Source: Balanoglossus misakiensis (lineage: Eukaryota > Animalia > Hemichordata). Taken from it: a stretch of 64,000 bases of DNA. The notes below the pieces were generated by a model. That model was not told where the DNA came from. It saw only the letters and a program-made list of their open reading frames with translations, and did no database searches. The stretch is taken from NCBI GenBank assembly GCA_040954595.2, contig CM082590.2, positions 6,882,001-6,946,000 of the forward strand. The letters run 5' to 3'. The position numbers were made by a program, and so were the translations under genes. This document shows, piece after piece, positions 26,148 to 37,559 of the stretch (positions are counted from its first letter, which is position 1; each line of letters opens with the position of its first letter).

Positions 26148-28200
26148 TTTTCGCCCCCAGGGGCCGGCGCCGATAGGCGGACGATGATTCCCTTGTTCCA
26201 AACAGCAAAAGCAATGTCTTGCTTTTTTTCTTCTTAAAAATTTTTTTTTTCTTTAATTGTTTCCAAGACTTACAAACATTTTTTCTTAAGCAAGACTTTT
26301 TCAAGTACGCGAGCACGTCTGCTTAAGTTTTGAGAAAAGAAAATTCTAAAAATTCCACTGTGTAAACACTAAAAAAAAATCGGCGCGTTAAAAATTATCT
26401 GCTGAAAAAAAAAAAAAAAAAACTGCGCGCTAAACATTTTCTGAAGTACAAAAAATTAAACTTGCGCTGAAAATTATCTACACTACAATTAAAGTAAACC
26501 CCGGGCGCTAAAAAATTTCTGAAGTACAAAAAAATTAAACTTGCGCTAAAATTATCTGCACTATAATTAATTAAAGTAAACCCTGGGGGCTAAAAAAAAT
26601 TCTGAAGTACAAAAAAATTAAACTTGCGATGAAAATTATCTGCACTATAATTAAAGTAAACCTTGGGCGCTAAAAATTTTCTGAAGTACAAAAAAAATAA
26701 ACTTGCGCTAAAATTATCTGCACTATAATTAAAGTAAACCTTGGGCGCTAAAAATTTTCTGAAGTACAAAAAAATTAAACTTGCGATGAAAATTATCTGC
26801 ACTATAATTAATTAAAGTAAACCTTGGGCGCTAAAAATTTTCTGAAGTACAAAAAAATAAACTTCCGCTAAAAATTATCTGCACTATAATTAAAGTAAAC
26901 CTTGGGCGCTAAAAATTTTCTGAAGTACAAAAAAAAATAAACTTGCGCTAAAAAATATCTGCACTATAATTAAAGTAAACCTTGGGCGCTAAAAATTTTC
27001 TGAAGTACAAAAAAAAATAAACTTGCGCTAAAAATTATCTGCACTATAATTAAAGTAAACCTTGGGCGCTAAAAATTTTCTGAAGTACAAAAAAAATAAA
27101 TTTGCGCTAAAAAATTTCTGCACTATAATTAAAGTAAACCTTGGGCGCTAAAAATTTTCTGAAGTAAAAAAAAAAAATAAACTTGCGCTAAAAAATATCT
27201 GCACTATAATTAAAGTAAACCTTGGGCGCTAAAAATTTTCTGAAGTACAAAAAAAATAAACTTGCGCAAAAAAATATCTGCACTATAATTAAAGTAAACC
27301 TTGGGCGCTAAAAATTTTCTGAAGTACAAAAAAAATAAACTTGCGCTAAAAATTATCTGCACTATAATTAAAGTAAACCCTGGGCGTTAAAAATGTTCTG
27401 AAGTACAAATTTTTTTAACTTGCGCTGAAAATTATCTGCACTATAATTAATTAAAGTAAACCCTGGGCACTAACAATTTTCTGAAGTAAAAAAAATTAAA
27501 CTTGCGCTGAAAATTACCTGCACTGTAATTAATTAAAGTAAACCCTGGGCGCTAAAAAAATTCTGAAGTACAAAAAAATTAAACTTGCGATGAAATTATC
27601 TGCACTGTAATTAATTAAAGTAAACCCTGGGCGCTAAAAAAATTCTGAAGTACAAAAAAAATAAACTTGCGCTAAAAATTATCTGCACCATAATTAATTA
27701 AAGTAAACCTTGGGCGTTAAAAATTTTCTGAAGTACAAATTTTTTTAACTTGCGCTGAAAATTATCTGCACTATAATTAATTAAAGTAAACCCTGGGCAC
27801 TAACAATTTTCTGAAGTAAAAAAAATTAAACTTGCGCTGAAAATTACCTGCACTACAATTTAATTAAACCTTGGGCGCTAAAAATTTTCTGAAGTACAAA
27901 AAAGTCAAACTTGCGCTGAAAATTTTCTGAAGTACAAAAAAGTCAAACTTGCGCTGAAAATTATCTGCACTACAATTAAAGTAAAATTTGCGCGTTAAAG
28001 ATTTTCTGAAGTACAAAAAAGTCAAACGTCATTTCACGAAGATATGTACACGTGCGCAAAAACTTAGGCCCTACATCGGAAAGAAAACACTAAGTTTTAT
28101 TACTGAACAAGACCATTGACGGACTACGTCACGGTGCGTTCGGCTGTTTTGACCTTGAAACCCGAGAGGTGAGCACGCTGGTTTTGGAGCGAACGCGGCG
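26148..28200 (+). repeat. Diverged direct copy of arm module ~23878-24470 interrupted by an expanded satellite
   Basis: Shared blocks: ttcgcccccag; aacagcaaaagcaatgtcttgc; caagtacgcgag.acgtctgctt; cgaagatat.tacacg; cattgacggac.acgtca.ggtgcg.tcggctgtttt.accttgaa. Confidence 0.8.
26420..28020. repeat. ~80-bp minisatellite (~20 units) built from two related ~40-bp halves
   Basis: Unit gcactataattaaagtaaaccttgggcgctaaaaattttctgaagtacaaaaaaaaataaacttgcgctaaaaattatct, e.g. 26881 to 26960. Confidence 0.95.
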
Positions 28201-30202
28201 CGGTTGGAGTTGACATCCTGATCTTTTCTGAACGTTCCGAAAATTACCACTCAAGGGAGAAGAGACGGGGGAGGGGGGGCACACTCAATTAACACAAACC
28301 TTGCAGCCACTTATTGTCAGGTACATGCTATGCGTACAAAACGATTCTGAAAAGCACACAAAACCCACGGTCACTCAATCTTCGTTTTTATTGAACATGC
28401 ACGCCCACACACACAACCGTCATTCGATTGAAAGTCTAAAACATGAATTGTGTGACACCGATTCCACTTCATATGCAATTTCCTGGCACTATGTCACAAG
28501 ACGTTTCAACTACAACCACTCAATTTTCTCTCACCTTTGATAGGTTCAACAATAGGGGGCTCTGTTCCAAACTTTGGGGCAACATCCACTGGTTTTGGTT
28601 TCTTTCACGACATCGGAATTCCCTTCATCTGCAAGAAAAAAATATGAAAATAATAATTTTCTGTAATAATTGTTAACAAATTATACATTGAAAAAAGTGA
28701 CTATGACAAGCCTTATTGTAAAGACCTTCATATCATGAGCAGTGATTTCAACAACTGTGTGTCATCTTCATCGCAAGAGGGCAGAGACTTCTGCACTAAA
28801 AAATTGTCACGTGTTATGCGCACCACAAAAAAGACAAACTTGCGCTGAAAATTATCTGCACTAACAACAGTGCAATTAAAGCGTAGTGGCAACTAATCTT
28901 AATGTTCAGAAGACAATAGAACTTAACATAACAATTATTTATATTGTTATGCAAATTAGACGCTACTCTATCAGAAATTCCTGGGGAGAACACGACTACA
29001 AAATGTCAAACTGGCGCTGAAAATTATCCGCACCACACAAAAATTCCAAATTGCGCTGAAAATTTTCTATACTGCGAAAAAATCTTCAAATATAGTCTCT
29101 ACAGTAAAAATAGTTATTCCTCTAGAATTAAAACAATAGTATCTTGCACTACAAATGGCTCTGCATGTCTTTCTACTGCTGTACCGAATCAGAACAAAGA
29201 AAATGCTGTAGTTCAAGTTTAGCACCAAAATCGTGGCTCTCCACTAGAAAAATATTCAATTGTCATTTGCCCTACACTAGAATACAATAATCTGTACAGA
29301 TATGATTCTATTTATGTGTCGAACTTTCTTAGGGATGCGTTTCTACAACTATGCTATCAGCCAAAAAGACGGTAAACCTCACAGAAATTTACTTGCAGAT
29401 ACGGCCATGCCGCGCGATGGGGTCACGTGACACAGACCCGAGAAAAATTCAACATGTGCGGTCTATGCATAATTTCAGGCCGAAGATATGTACACGCTCA
29501 TAAAAACTTGCATTGAAAAGAAACGAACATTTCAAACGAAGATACAGCAAATTACATCCACAACGAAGAAGCTATTTCATTTGCGCTCAACATAAAAGAA
29601 GTCAAAAACACAGTCGCTTTTCTCCGGTGACTTCGAAAAAGGACCGTTATCTAAGTCCTACATAGCTAGGAGAAACAAAGTCCGTGTAACAAATAGCTAG
29701 GAGGAACAAAGTCCGTGTATAAATTAAATCCCAAGCAATTGTGGTCAAAAATTTTAACACTTTTACAGAAAATTCCGTCAATTACTCGGTGCGGCGGTTT
29801 CTTTGTTGAACGGACGCCTATTGCACGGACTTGTGAAAAACGTGAAACACGTGTATCGATTTACCTTTTGTTGAACGTTCATGTTCAGGACTGGTTGTGG
29901 TCGACTTGAAGACTTCCCGGCGAGCAAACCAATATTTGCAACCTTCATGAGTTTCAGACTTCTTTTTCGCATGGTACTTGTTCTTCGACTTGGAACAGTT
30001 CCTTCTTGACGTGGACATTAAAGGCAGTGAACGACCGACACCATTTCTCCGACAAAGCCATGCATGCGCCCGTCTTACCAAAGTTTCTGGAAAGTTCTGG
30101 AAACACGCATGCTCCGAATTGACACCTGTTCAGTTTTTTTTCAACCAATCAGAGAGCTTCTAATATTCAAATAGTAAACAACGGATCTTGAAACCTCACC
30201 AC

Positions 30203-30296
30203 GAGTCTGGTCCCCTGCCCCATTCCCACCGCTGGCTGCGCTTCGCTGAAAAGCGTAGCGCAGCCAGCGGTGGGAATGGGGCAGGGGACCATACTA
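30203..30296. mobile_element. 94-bp hairpin MITE with degenerate TAG...CTA ends and a 10-bp TSD
   Basis: gagtctggtcccctgccccattcccaccgctggctgcgct ... agcgcagccagcggtgggaatggggcaggggaccatacta, flanked by acctcaccac (30193-30202) and acgtcaccac (30297-30306), one mismatch. Confidence 0.8.
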
Positions 30297-31381
30297 ACGT
30301 CACCACTTGTGTTTCTAAGTCAATTCTGAAAACTTACGCTTAACATGGCTTAAGGAATTTCTGATTTCAAACCGAAATGAAAATAGAACTGAACTGTAGC
30401 TGAAGTTCAATTGATAAACAGACTCAATAAGTTGAAATCAAAATAAAACTAAAAATCAAAGATGAAAGCAAGTAAAAGAAAGAAAAAGTTATTATTAAAC
30501 ATGAAGGTGTAACTTGTATATTTCGTTCTCTGAGCTTCTCTGGTTGCCATAGTAATCCAGACATCGTGTTTATTCAGGGGAAAAACAAAGAAACCCTACA
30601 TTATGAAAATGATTTTTGATCGTTGCAATCAGTTTCCAATTCAACAGTTTCTGTGAAAATGATGGTGCGGACGATAATTTCCTTCAAATCCATAAATGCC
30701 GTTGATTATGTCTTCAAGATTCAAATACTGAAATAATTTTTAAACAAGAGACATCCTTTACAGAAGTTTGTCTGTGCTTGTAATTTTTTTTGCTTGTCAT
30801 TGTTGAGAAATGTTCAGAATGAAATAAAACGAACTTATTTTAAATAAAAAAAATCTTTCAAATCAATAAACAAATTTCGATATTAGTACGATGAAAAGAA
30901 TAGTCGTGGCTTGTTCCTGTGGTCATGTAAAGCGCCCCCTACAGTCAAGACATGTATTGACCAAGGCCTGTAACCAAACCCCCTCCCCCCCCCCCCTCCC
31001 CCAAGTGTACATTCTCTATCAGAACAAACACAGAACTTTCATTCAGGTTCAGAAAAAATAACTGATTAACCATTGTAAACAAAATCTCTTAAACTAAACT
31101 GCTGAATGAAAGCAATGGACTTATTTCAGTTGTTTGGAAATTTACAGAAAACCTACAGTACAACGGAGTATACATTCATCATTTCCCTTTCCATATGTCT
31201 AACGATTCACAAGATTCATTTACAGCCATATTAGTTCTTCTGTTAGATAACAAATCTTTCCAAATGGTAGTAGGTATATAGTATACAAGCTTATTTCTAA
31301 TCTGCGCATAAGCACCAAATTTGGATCCCAAAAATTTAAACGCAACTGGATGGCAAACAAAGACTTTTATTAAAGACTTAT

Positions 31382-31753
31382 AGGCCGTTCACATTACTCA
31401 AAAAAGGCTAGGCCCTTGTCCTTGCATGGTACGTGGCCGACCAAAAAAACAGGTGTGAACGGGTCTGGCCGGCCATTGTCCGGACAATTTTGGTCCCAGT
31501 CGAATGGGGTGGTTTGTGGTCAACTCTGGTCTGACTTTGGTCCCAGCCTGGTGTGTGTGGACACGTTTTGTCCGACTCTGGTCCTAGTTGACACCTTTTA
31601 CAATATTGACATAAACAGTGTAGTCTATCATTTGACAATGGTGAAAATCGTATAAACAACCAGAAGAAGACCAACATGGTTCTGGTTTATAAGGTCAGAG
31701 GTAGGCAAGACGATGTCGGCCAGGACTGTGCCAAACACAATGTGAACAGGGAC
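31382..31753. mobile_element. Possible old PIF/Harbinger-type MITE
   Basis: Imperfect terminal inverted repeats aggccgttcacatt / aatgtgaacagggac followed by taa. The interior is GC-richer than the flanks. Confidence 0.35.
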
Positions 31754-32042
31754 TAAAGATTAGCTTATCTTGTCACAATCATCGGGATTAGTTTTGCCCG
31801 GCCGTGGGCATCAATGTGAACCCAGCAATTGTTTTGTGTGGGTCGAAGGTCAATTGAAAACACTTTATTTGTGAATTCATCAATTTCAACATTACACATT
31901 CCATCAAGCAACCAATTTGATTGAAAACGGTTTCTAAAACATGAGCTACTTCTCCTCGTATGTTGTGTTGTGTGCGATAGAATCCATGGCAACCTCTGTA
32001 TTATCTTGCGCCAAGCTTGGGATGAAAATAAAAGTTAATTAA

Positions 32043-32513
32043 AGGGACAAAGTCTCTCTCTCGCTGCCCTTTTTCCATCAATTATATTTGATAAGAGACA
32101 CCGTTTATGTCATTCTACATGTGGATATACATGAGTGAATCAACGTTCGACCACACACAACTTCCATCCCATTTGTAGGATATGAGAGTAAAAAGCTCGC
32201 CGAAATGAATAAACGGTAGAGATTGATTATTCATTTTGGCGAGTTTTTCACTCTCGTGTCTACGAGGGGGATGGAAGTTGTGTGTGGTCGAACATTGATT
32301 CACTATATATCCACATGTAGAATAACATCAGCGGTGTCTTGTATCAAACATAATTAACGGAAAAAGGGCAGCGAGAGAGAGACTTTGTCCTGGGAGGTGT
32401 GTGTGGTCGAACGTTGATTCACTTTATATCCACATGTAGAATAACATTAACACTGTCTTGTATCAGACATATTTAATGGGAAAAGGGCAGTGAGAGAGAG
32501 AGACTTTATCCCT
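32043..32513. mobile_element. TTAA-flanked MITE (Kolobok-type AGG terminus), copy 1, right TIR duplicated
   Basis: ttaa|agggacaaagtctctctctcgctgccc... ~125-bp TIR; ends ...agactttatccct|ctaa. Confidence 0.7.
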
Positions 32514-32750
32514 CTAAATGAACAAAATATAGTTTATTTCGGTGAAATATTTCTAAATACTGTAAGAATATAAATTATATTTTTATTACATACGGAAAAT
32601 CAAAAATTTCCAGCATAATTCATATCTTGTGTGAGACTAGAATGTGTGTGGAATGCTATGCATGAGGGATATAGTAATCTAAACTCTATAGGATACCCAT
32701 GATGCATTGGTAGGAAAAATTCAACTGTGCTAAACCGAAGAAAGAGTTAA

Positions 32751-33216
32751 AGGGTCAAAATCTCTCTCTCGCTGCCCTTTTTTCCATTAATTATGTTTGA
32801 TACAAGACACTGGTTATGTTAATGTAAATGTGGATATATAGTGAATCAATGTTCAACCACACAAAACTTCCATCCCACTTGTATGATATGAGAGTAAAAA
32901 CTCGCCCAAAATGAATAAATGGTAAAGAACGATTATTCATTTTGGCGAGTTTTTTCACTCTCCTGTCTATAAGAGGGATGGAAGTTGTGTGTGGTCGAAC
33001 GTTGATTCACTATATATCCACATGTAGAATAACAAACAGTGTCTTGTATCAAACATAGTTAATGGAAAAAAGGGCAGCGAGAGAGAGACTTTGTCCTGGG
33101 AGGTGTGTGTGGTCGAACGTTGATTCACTATATATCCACATGTAGAATAACAAACAGTGTCTTGTATCAAACATAGTTAATGGAAAAAAGGGCAGCGAGA
33201 GAGAGACTTTGTCCCT
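32751..33216. mobile_element. TTAA-flanked MITE (Kolobok-type), copy 2, right TIR duplicated
   Basis: ttaa (32747-32750)|agggtcaaaatctctctctcgctgccc ... gggcagcgagagagagactttgtccct|ttaa (33217-33220). Confidence 0.75.
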
Positions 33217-34615
33217 TTAAATAGGGGATTGTACTAGTATTTTGACAAACTTTGATGGGAATGGTAAGGGTTTCTGATGGTGGGAGGTGTTTCAAAAAAA
33301 CTTTTAAAAACGTTTCAAAAATTTTAAATAGGTTCGTCTATACTTAGATTCTTTTTGCTAAATGTCTAATACTTACTTTTCTTTTCATACTCCTCTTCTT
33401 TGGACTTGGACATCGCGGGCCAGATAAACCTTAAAAAACAAAACAACAAGTGAATAAAAGTCGAATTTCAACACTCTGGTTTTGTTATTATTTTTTTAGA
33501 AAATGAAATAACATGATATGAAATAAAATAAAGTGTGAACAGGAGTATAATGTACTTTGAAATTTTTTCAGGCTTTTGTAATTAGAAATTTTTCAGGCTT
33601 CACTCTATACTTTAATTTCCAAAAAATACATAGAAATTTTTCAGGCTTTACTCCACTTTAATTTTCGAAAAATACTTAGAAATTTTTCAGGGTTTTACTT
33701 AATATTTCGATTTTTTTAAAGGCTTCACTCTGTTTATTATCAGACTTCACTTTACACTTTTATTTTTGAAAAAAACACTTAGAATTTTTTTCAGTAGTGG
33801 ATGTGGGAGTCAGTGTGTGTGTGGGTCAGATTGAGATAGATTTTGTCCTACCTTAACAATAACAGTACCCTTGGAGTCCATATACTATCAGTTGACCATT
33901 GACTTGATTTCACCTTGACTGAACTCACTGCAATGCAATATAGAAAACCACGGTAAGTTTAACAACATGAACAATTAAACAGAAAGACTTGACTATAATA
34001 GGCCACTTGCATGACCTTTGTATGACCTCTACATCCTGGTACTCTGGTGATTATTATTTTGTGATTGAGTATAGTGTTCGTCTTGCTTTCATTTTACATG
34101 TTATGCTGCATTCATTCATTCCAACATTAGAACAGTTGTAACTTCATTGCAGTTCACTTTATGTATGTACTTATTTTAAATAAAAATTGTTCTTAGGCAA
34201 AAAATTAAATTTCTGAAACACATTTATTCATTTTCAAGGCGCAAAATTGTTCATATATACCATGGTTCTTTGATCAGAACCCTTCAAAATTACTTTCTGG
34301 AACAGACTGTGTCAGATATACAAAGGTTCCATAACAAAAATATAGGCCCTAACGCTATCTAGGCCTAATCAATCTCCCAAACCCCTTCCGAACACCAAGT
34401 GGTCCAACCCTTAGTACAAATGAGGTCATCGCTATTGCTCGTTCACTTCTGTTCACACTGTGTCAGATATACAATAGTTCCATAAGAACAATGTAATTCT
34501 ATCTATCAATCTCCCAGACCCCCACCCACCACAGTTATCAAGTGGTCCAGCCGTTAGTTCAAATGAGGTCATCGCTATTGCTCGTTCACTTCTGTTCACA
34601 CTAGACTATGGGCTG

Positions 34616-34625
34616 GGGGCGGGGC
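34616..34625 (+). promoter_or_regulatory. GC box (Sp/KLF-type) upstream of copy 1 only
   Basis: GGGGCGGGGC about 150 bp before the ATG. Copies 2-6 have GGGGACAGGGC at the aligned site. Function untested. Confidence 0.3.
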
Positions 34626-34776
34626 TTATCATATACGCATGCCAAACCTTTGACAGTTCAGTAAACATTGCACTACGGGGAACAGGTATATACACCAGAC
34701 TTTGTGGAATCGCGTCACATGATTTCTGTACTGGTACACACAGGTACAGAAAGGCGTTCACCTCACATCACCAGCT

Positions 34777-37002
34777 ATGGCAGCCAAAGAGTCCAAGTTC
34801 TTGGCGGAAATCGACACGAATTTTCTCTCCTGTACTATCTGCTCGGAGCGATACAAGAATGCTAAACAGCTACCGTGTCTGCACAGCTTCTGCGAGCCGT
34901 GTCTGGGGAAGCTGGCAGAGAAAAGTAGCGTCATAGCCTGTCCAATATGTCGGCGTTCATACCAACTTCCTGATAGTGGCGTGGCAGGTATCGTTGGCAA
35001 TGCATTCGTCAACGAATTGGTGGAAGTGTTTGGAAAACGCGAAGAGGGAACCAACAGGTCCAGAAAATGTGAGAGCTGTGATCAGCATGCGATTACAAAT
35101 CATTGCATCGAGTGTGATGTTAATATGTGTAGTGTCTGCGCTGTTCCACATACTCGCTTGAAGGTGACAAAATCACACCGTCTGATGACCTTGGAAGAGT
35201 TCGAGTCTGCAAAGTCCGCTGACCTCGCTTCAGTTCAGCCACCGATCTACTGTTCTGCTCACCCTAACAACGAAGTCAAATTCTACTGCGACACGTGTGA
35301 GGTAGCGATCTGTCTGGAATGCACGGCTATAGATCATCCAATCACCGAGCATAAATACAGATACTTGAAAGACGCAGCCACTGAATACTGCAAAGATCTG
35401 ACAGAAGTAATCGACAAAGTGAAAGTGAAAGAAGACGAAGCCAGCCACAGCAAAGCCGTAGTCACGGAGACGGCCGAATCTCTCGACAGCTGTTATCAGA
35501 CAGAGAACAAGAAAATGAAAGAACACATCCAGAAAACAATCGATGACGTCACTCGCATGATTCAGGAAAATGGTGACAAACTTCTTGGAGAGCTGAAAGA
35601 TGAATACAATAGAAGGAAAGTCAACTTAAATGCACAACTGAAAGAACTGGAGTTTGCAGAGAGTGACATGTCAAATGCAAGAGAGTATGCTGAGAAACTG
35701 ATGCATTTTGGGAATGCAGCGCAGTTGATGTCAGCCAGGAAAGGGATTGCCACTCAAATGGAAGAATTGCTGAGAATGGAGACGAAAATTGACCCGATTG
35801 AGACTGACTACATGGAGTTCAAACCATGTGATGATTTCTGTAGAACAAAAACTGTGGGTGTAATATCCACATGCCCGGTCACAGCTGATAACTGCAGTCT
35901 GGTCGATGTTCCCGAATTTGCAAGAGTTGATGAAGATATCACCATCACCCTAGCAACAGAGGTCAAGCAGAGAAAAGAAACGCACGAAGAAGTAGAAGTA
36001 GAGGCAGTCTTGAAGAAACCAGACGACAGCCAAGAAGACATGGAAACAACAAATAATGGTGATGGAACATGGAGTTTGAAAACCCGTGCCAAGATGACAG
36101 GAAATCATGAAGTCTCAGTGTCGGTATCCAAGAAACCAGTCAAAGGGTCACCAGTTACAATCAATGTTATTCCACAGAAAGGTTTGATTTGTAAATTTGG
36201 TCAGAAAGGGTCGGGAGTCGGTCAGTTGAGTGGCCCATGGGGAGTCATGGCAACCGGGGGTGGCAATGTTAGGGTGTGTGATAGTGATAATAATAGATTA
36301 CAGACATTCACCCAACATGGCCAACATAGATGTACAACCACGTTCAGTAATATTTCAACCAAAGTTAGTCCACGGTTTTCAGCTGCATCAGAGGATGGAA
36401 GTATCTTTACTACTGATTTCAGTGGTAAGCAAGTAATCGTGCATGATGAGAATGGTAGAGTGATGCGTTGTTTCGGCAAAGGTGTGATTCAATACCCGCT
36501 CGGAATTGCGATACATCCTGTCAATGGGAGGGTCTATGTTGTCGATCATGGGGGTCACTGTGTACACATCTACAACAAAAATGGTGATCATTACAAGTCT
36601 TTTGGCACTCCAGGTCAAAGTCAAGGTCAGATGTCCCACCCTGTAGGCATCAGTATTGATGCTGCAGGGAAAGTGTTTGTATCAGATCAATACAATCACC
36701 GTATTCAAGTGTTTGATGCTGAGGGTGGATATCTGTACAGCTTTGGAAGTCAAGGGTCAGGTGATAATCAGATGAGACACCCCCAGGGGATATCACATGA
36801 CAGTGATGGCAACGTGTATGTGTGTGATTACAGTAATCACAGAGTGATGAAGTATGAGTCAGATGGTCAATTCATTGGTCGCATTGACAGTGATGATGAT
36901 AGAGTAGAATATCCACGAGGTATCTGTGTGACCGATGACAAGCCATTTGGCAATGTTATCGTGTCTAGTCTGAACGAATATGTGAAGGTGTTTGCTCAGT
37001 GA
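34777..37002 (+). CDS. TRIM-NHL E3 ubiquitin ligase (TRIM2/TRIM3/TRIM71-like, class C-VII), copy 1, 741 aa, single exon
   Basis: C3HC4 RING (CTIC...LPCLHSFCEPC...CPIC), B-box1 (CESC...CIEC...CSVC...H...H), B-box2 (CSAH...FYCDTC...CLEC...H...H), coiled coil, filamin repeat (NNGDGTW...GNHEVSV...PVKGSPVTINV) and six NHL blades (PxG...VxDxxNHR(I/V)). Confidence 0.96.
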   Translation: MAAKESKFLAEIDTNFLSCTICSERYKNAKQLPCLHSFCEPCLGKLAEKSSVIACPICRRSYQLPDSGVAGIVGNAFVNELVEVFGKREEGTNRSRKCESCDQHAITNHCIECDVNMCSVCAVPHTRLKVTKSHRLMTLEEFESAKSADLASVQPPIYCSAHPNNEVKFYCDTCEVAICLECTAIDHPITEHKYRYLKDAATEYCKDLTEVIDKVKVKEDEASHSKAVVTETAESLDSCYQTENKKMKEHIQKTIDDVTRMIQENGDKLLGELKDEYNRRKVNLNAQLKELEFAESDMSNAREYAEKLMHFGNAAQLMSARKGIATQMEELLRMETKIDPIETDYMEFKPCDDFCRTKTVGVISTCPVTADNCSLVDVPEFARVDEDITITLATEVKQRKETHEEVEVEAVLKKPDDSQEDMETTNNGDGTWSLKTRAKMTGNHEVSVSVSKKPVKGSPVTINVIPQKGLICKFGQKGSGVGQLSGPWGVMATGGGNVRVCDSDNNRLQTFTQHGQHRCTTTFSNISTKVSPRFSAASEDGSIFTTDFSGKQVIVHDENGRVMRCFGKGVIQYPLGIAIHPVNGRVYVVDHGGHCVHIYNKNGDHYKSFGTPGQSQGQMSHPVGISIDAAGKVFVSDQYNHRIQVFDAEGGYLYSFGSQGSGDNQMRHPQGISHDSDGNVYVCDYSNHRVMKYESDGQFIGRIDSDDDRVEYPRGICVTDDKPFGNVIVSSLNEYVKVFAQ

Positions 37003-37559
37003 AGTGAGAGTGAAGTGTGGAAGGAAATCAAAATAGCGAAACATGCCAACAGAGAACGCCCTCCTGTGTTTGTTGTGAAGACATAAAACCATAGCAACAC
37101 AAGAAAAACAAATATCTACGCTAATTAAGACACCTAATATTGCCAACAAAATTGAATCAGTCCATTACTTTATAATAGAACCCATGGACCTCACAAATTC
37201 TAAACTGTATTTTTTATAGTAAAAGTATCTTAACTTTTTTAAAGTTTAAACAGAACTAGATCACCATGGAAAAGAAATCTTATTGTAACAAATGATAATA
37301 TTAATTGCTGAATATTGACTTTAAATAATAATTTTTGTACAAAAAAATGTCAATGTCAGTCTTCTGATAATGAAGGTGTACTTAGCCGCCAATTAATTTG
37401 AGAGGAATCAATGTTGGCAGATGATTTTTTGAGGAAGAATGTTTCATTTCTGTGTGGGTTGTAACTTTTTCTTATATATCTCTAGATTTCTCTGAGAATT
37501 TGTATAATTTGTATTTTTATGATGTTTGCTATATAAACAAGAATGTATGTTTCTTCAAA

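Noticed and set aside
33555-33795. Short degenerate repeats of gaaatttttcaggctt
   Set aside because: A few decayed low-complexity copies with no interpretable structure.
36190-37002. Diversity-generating retroelement acting on the NHL region
   Set aside because: There is no reverse transcriptase or template repeat in the window, and substitutions are not adenine-specific (e.g. CTG/GCG/CGG/TGG/GAG).
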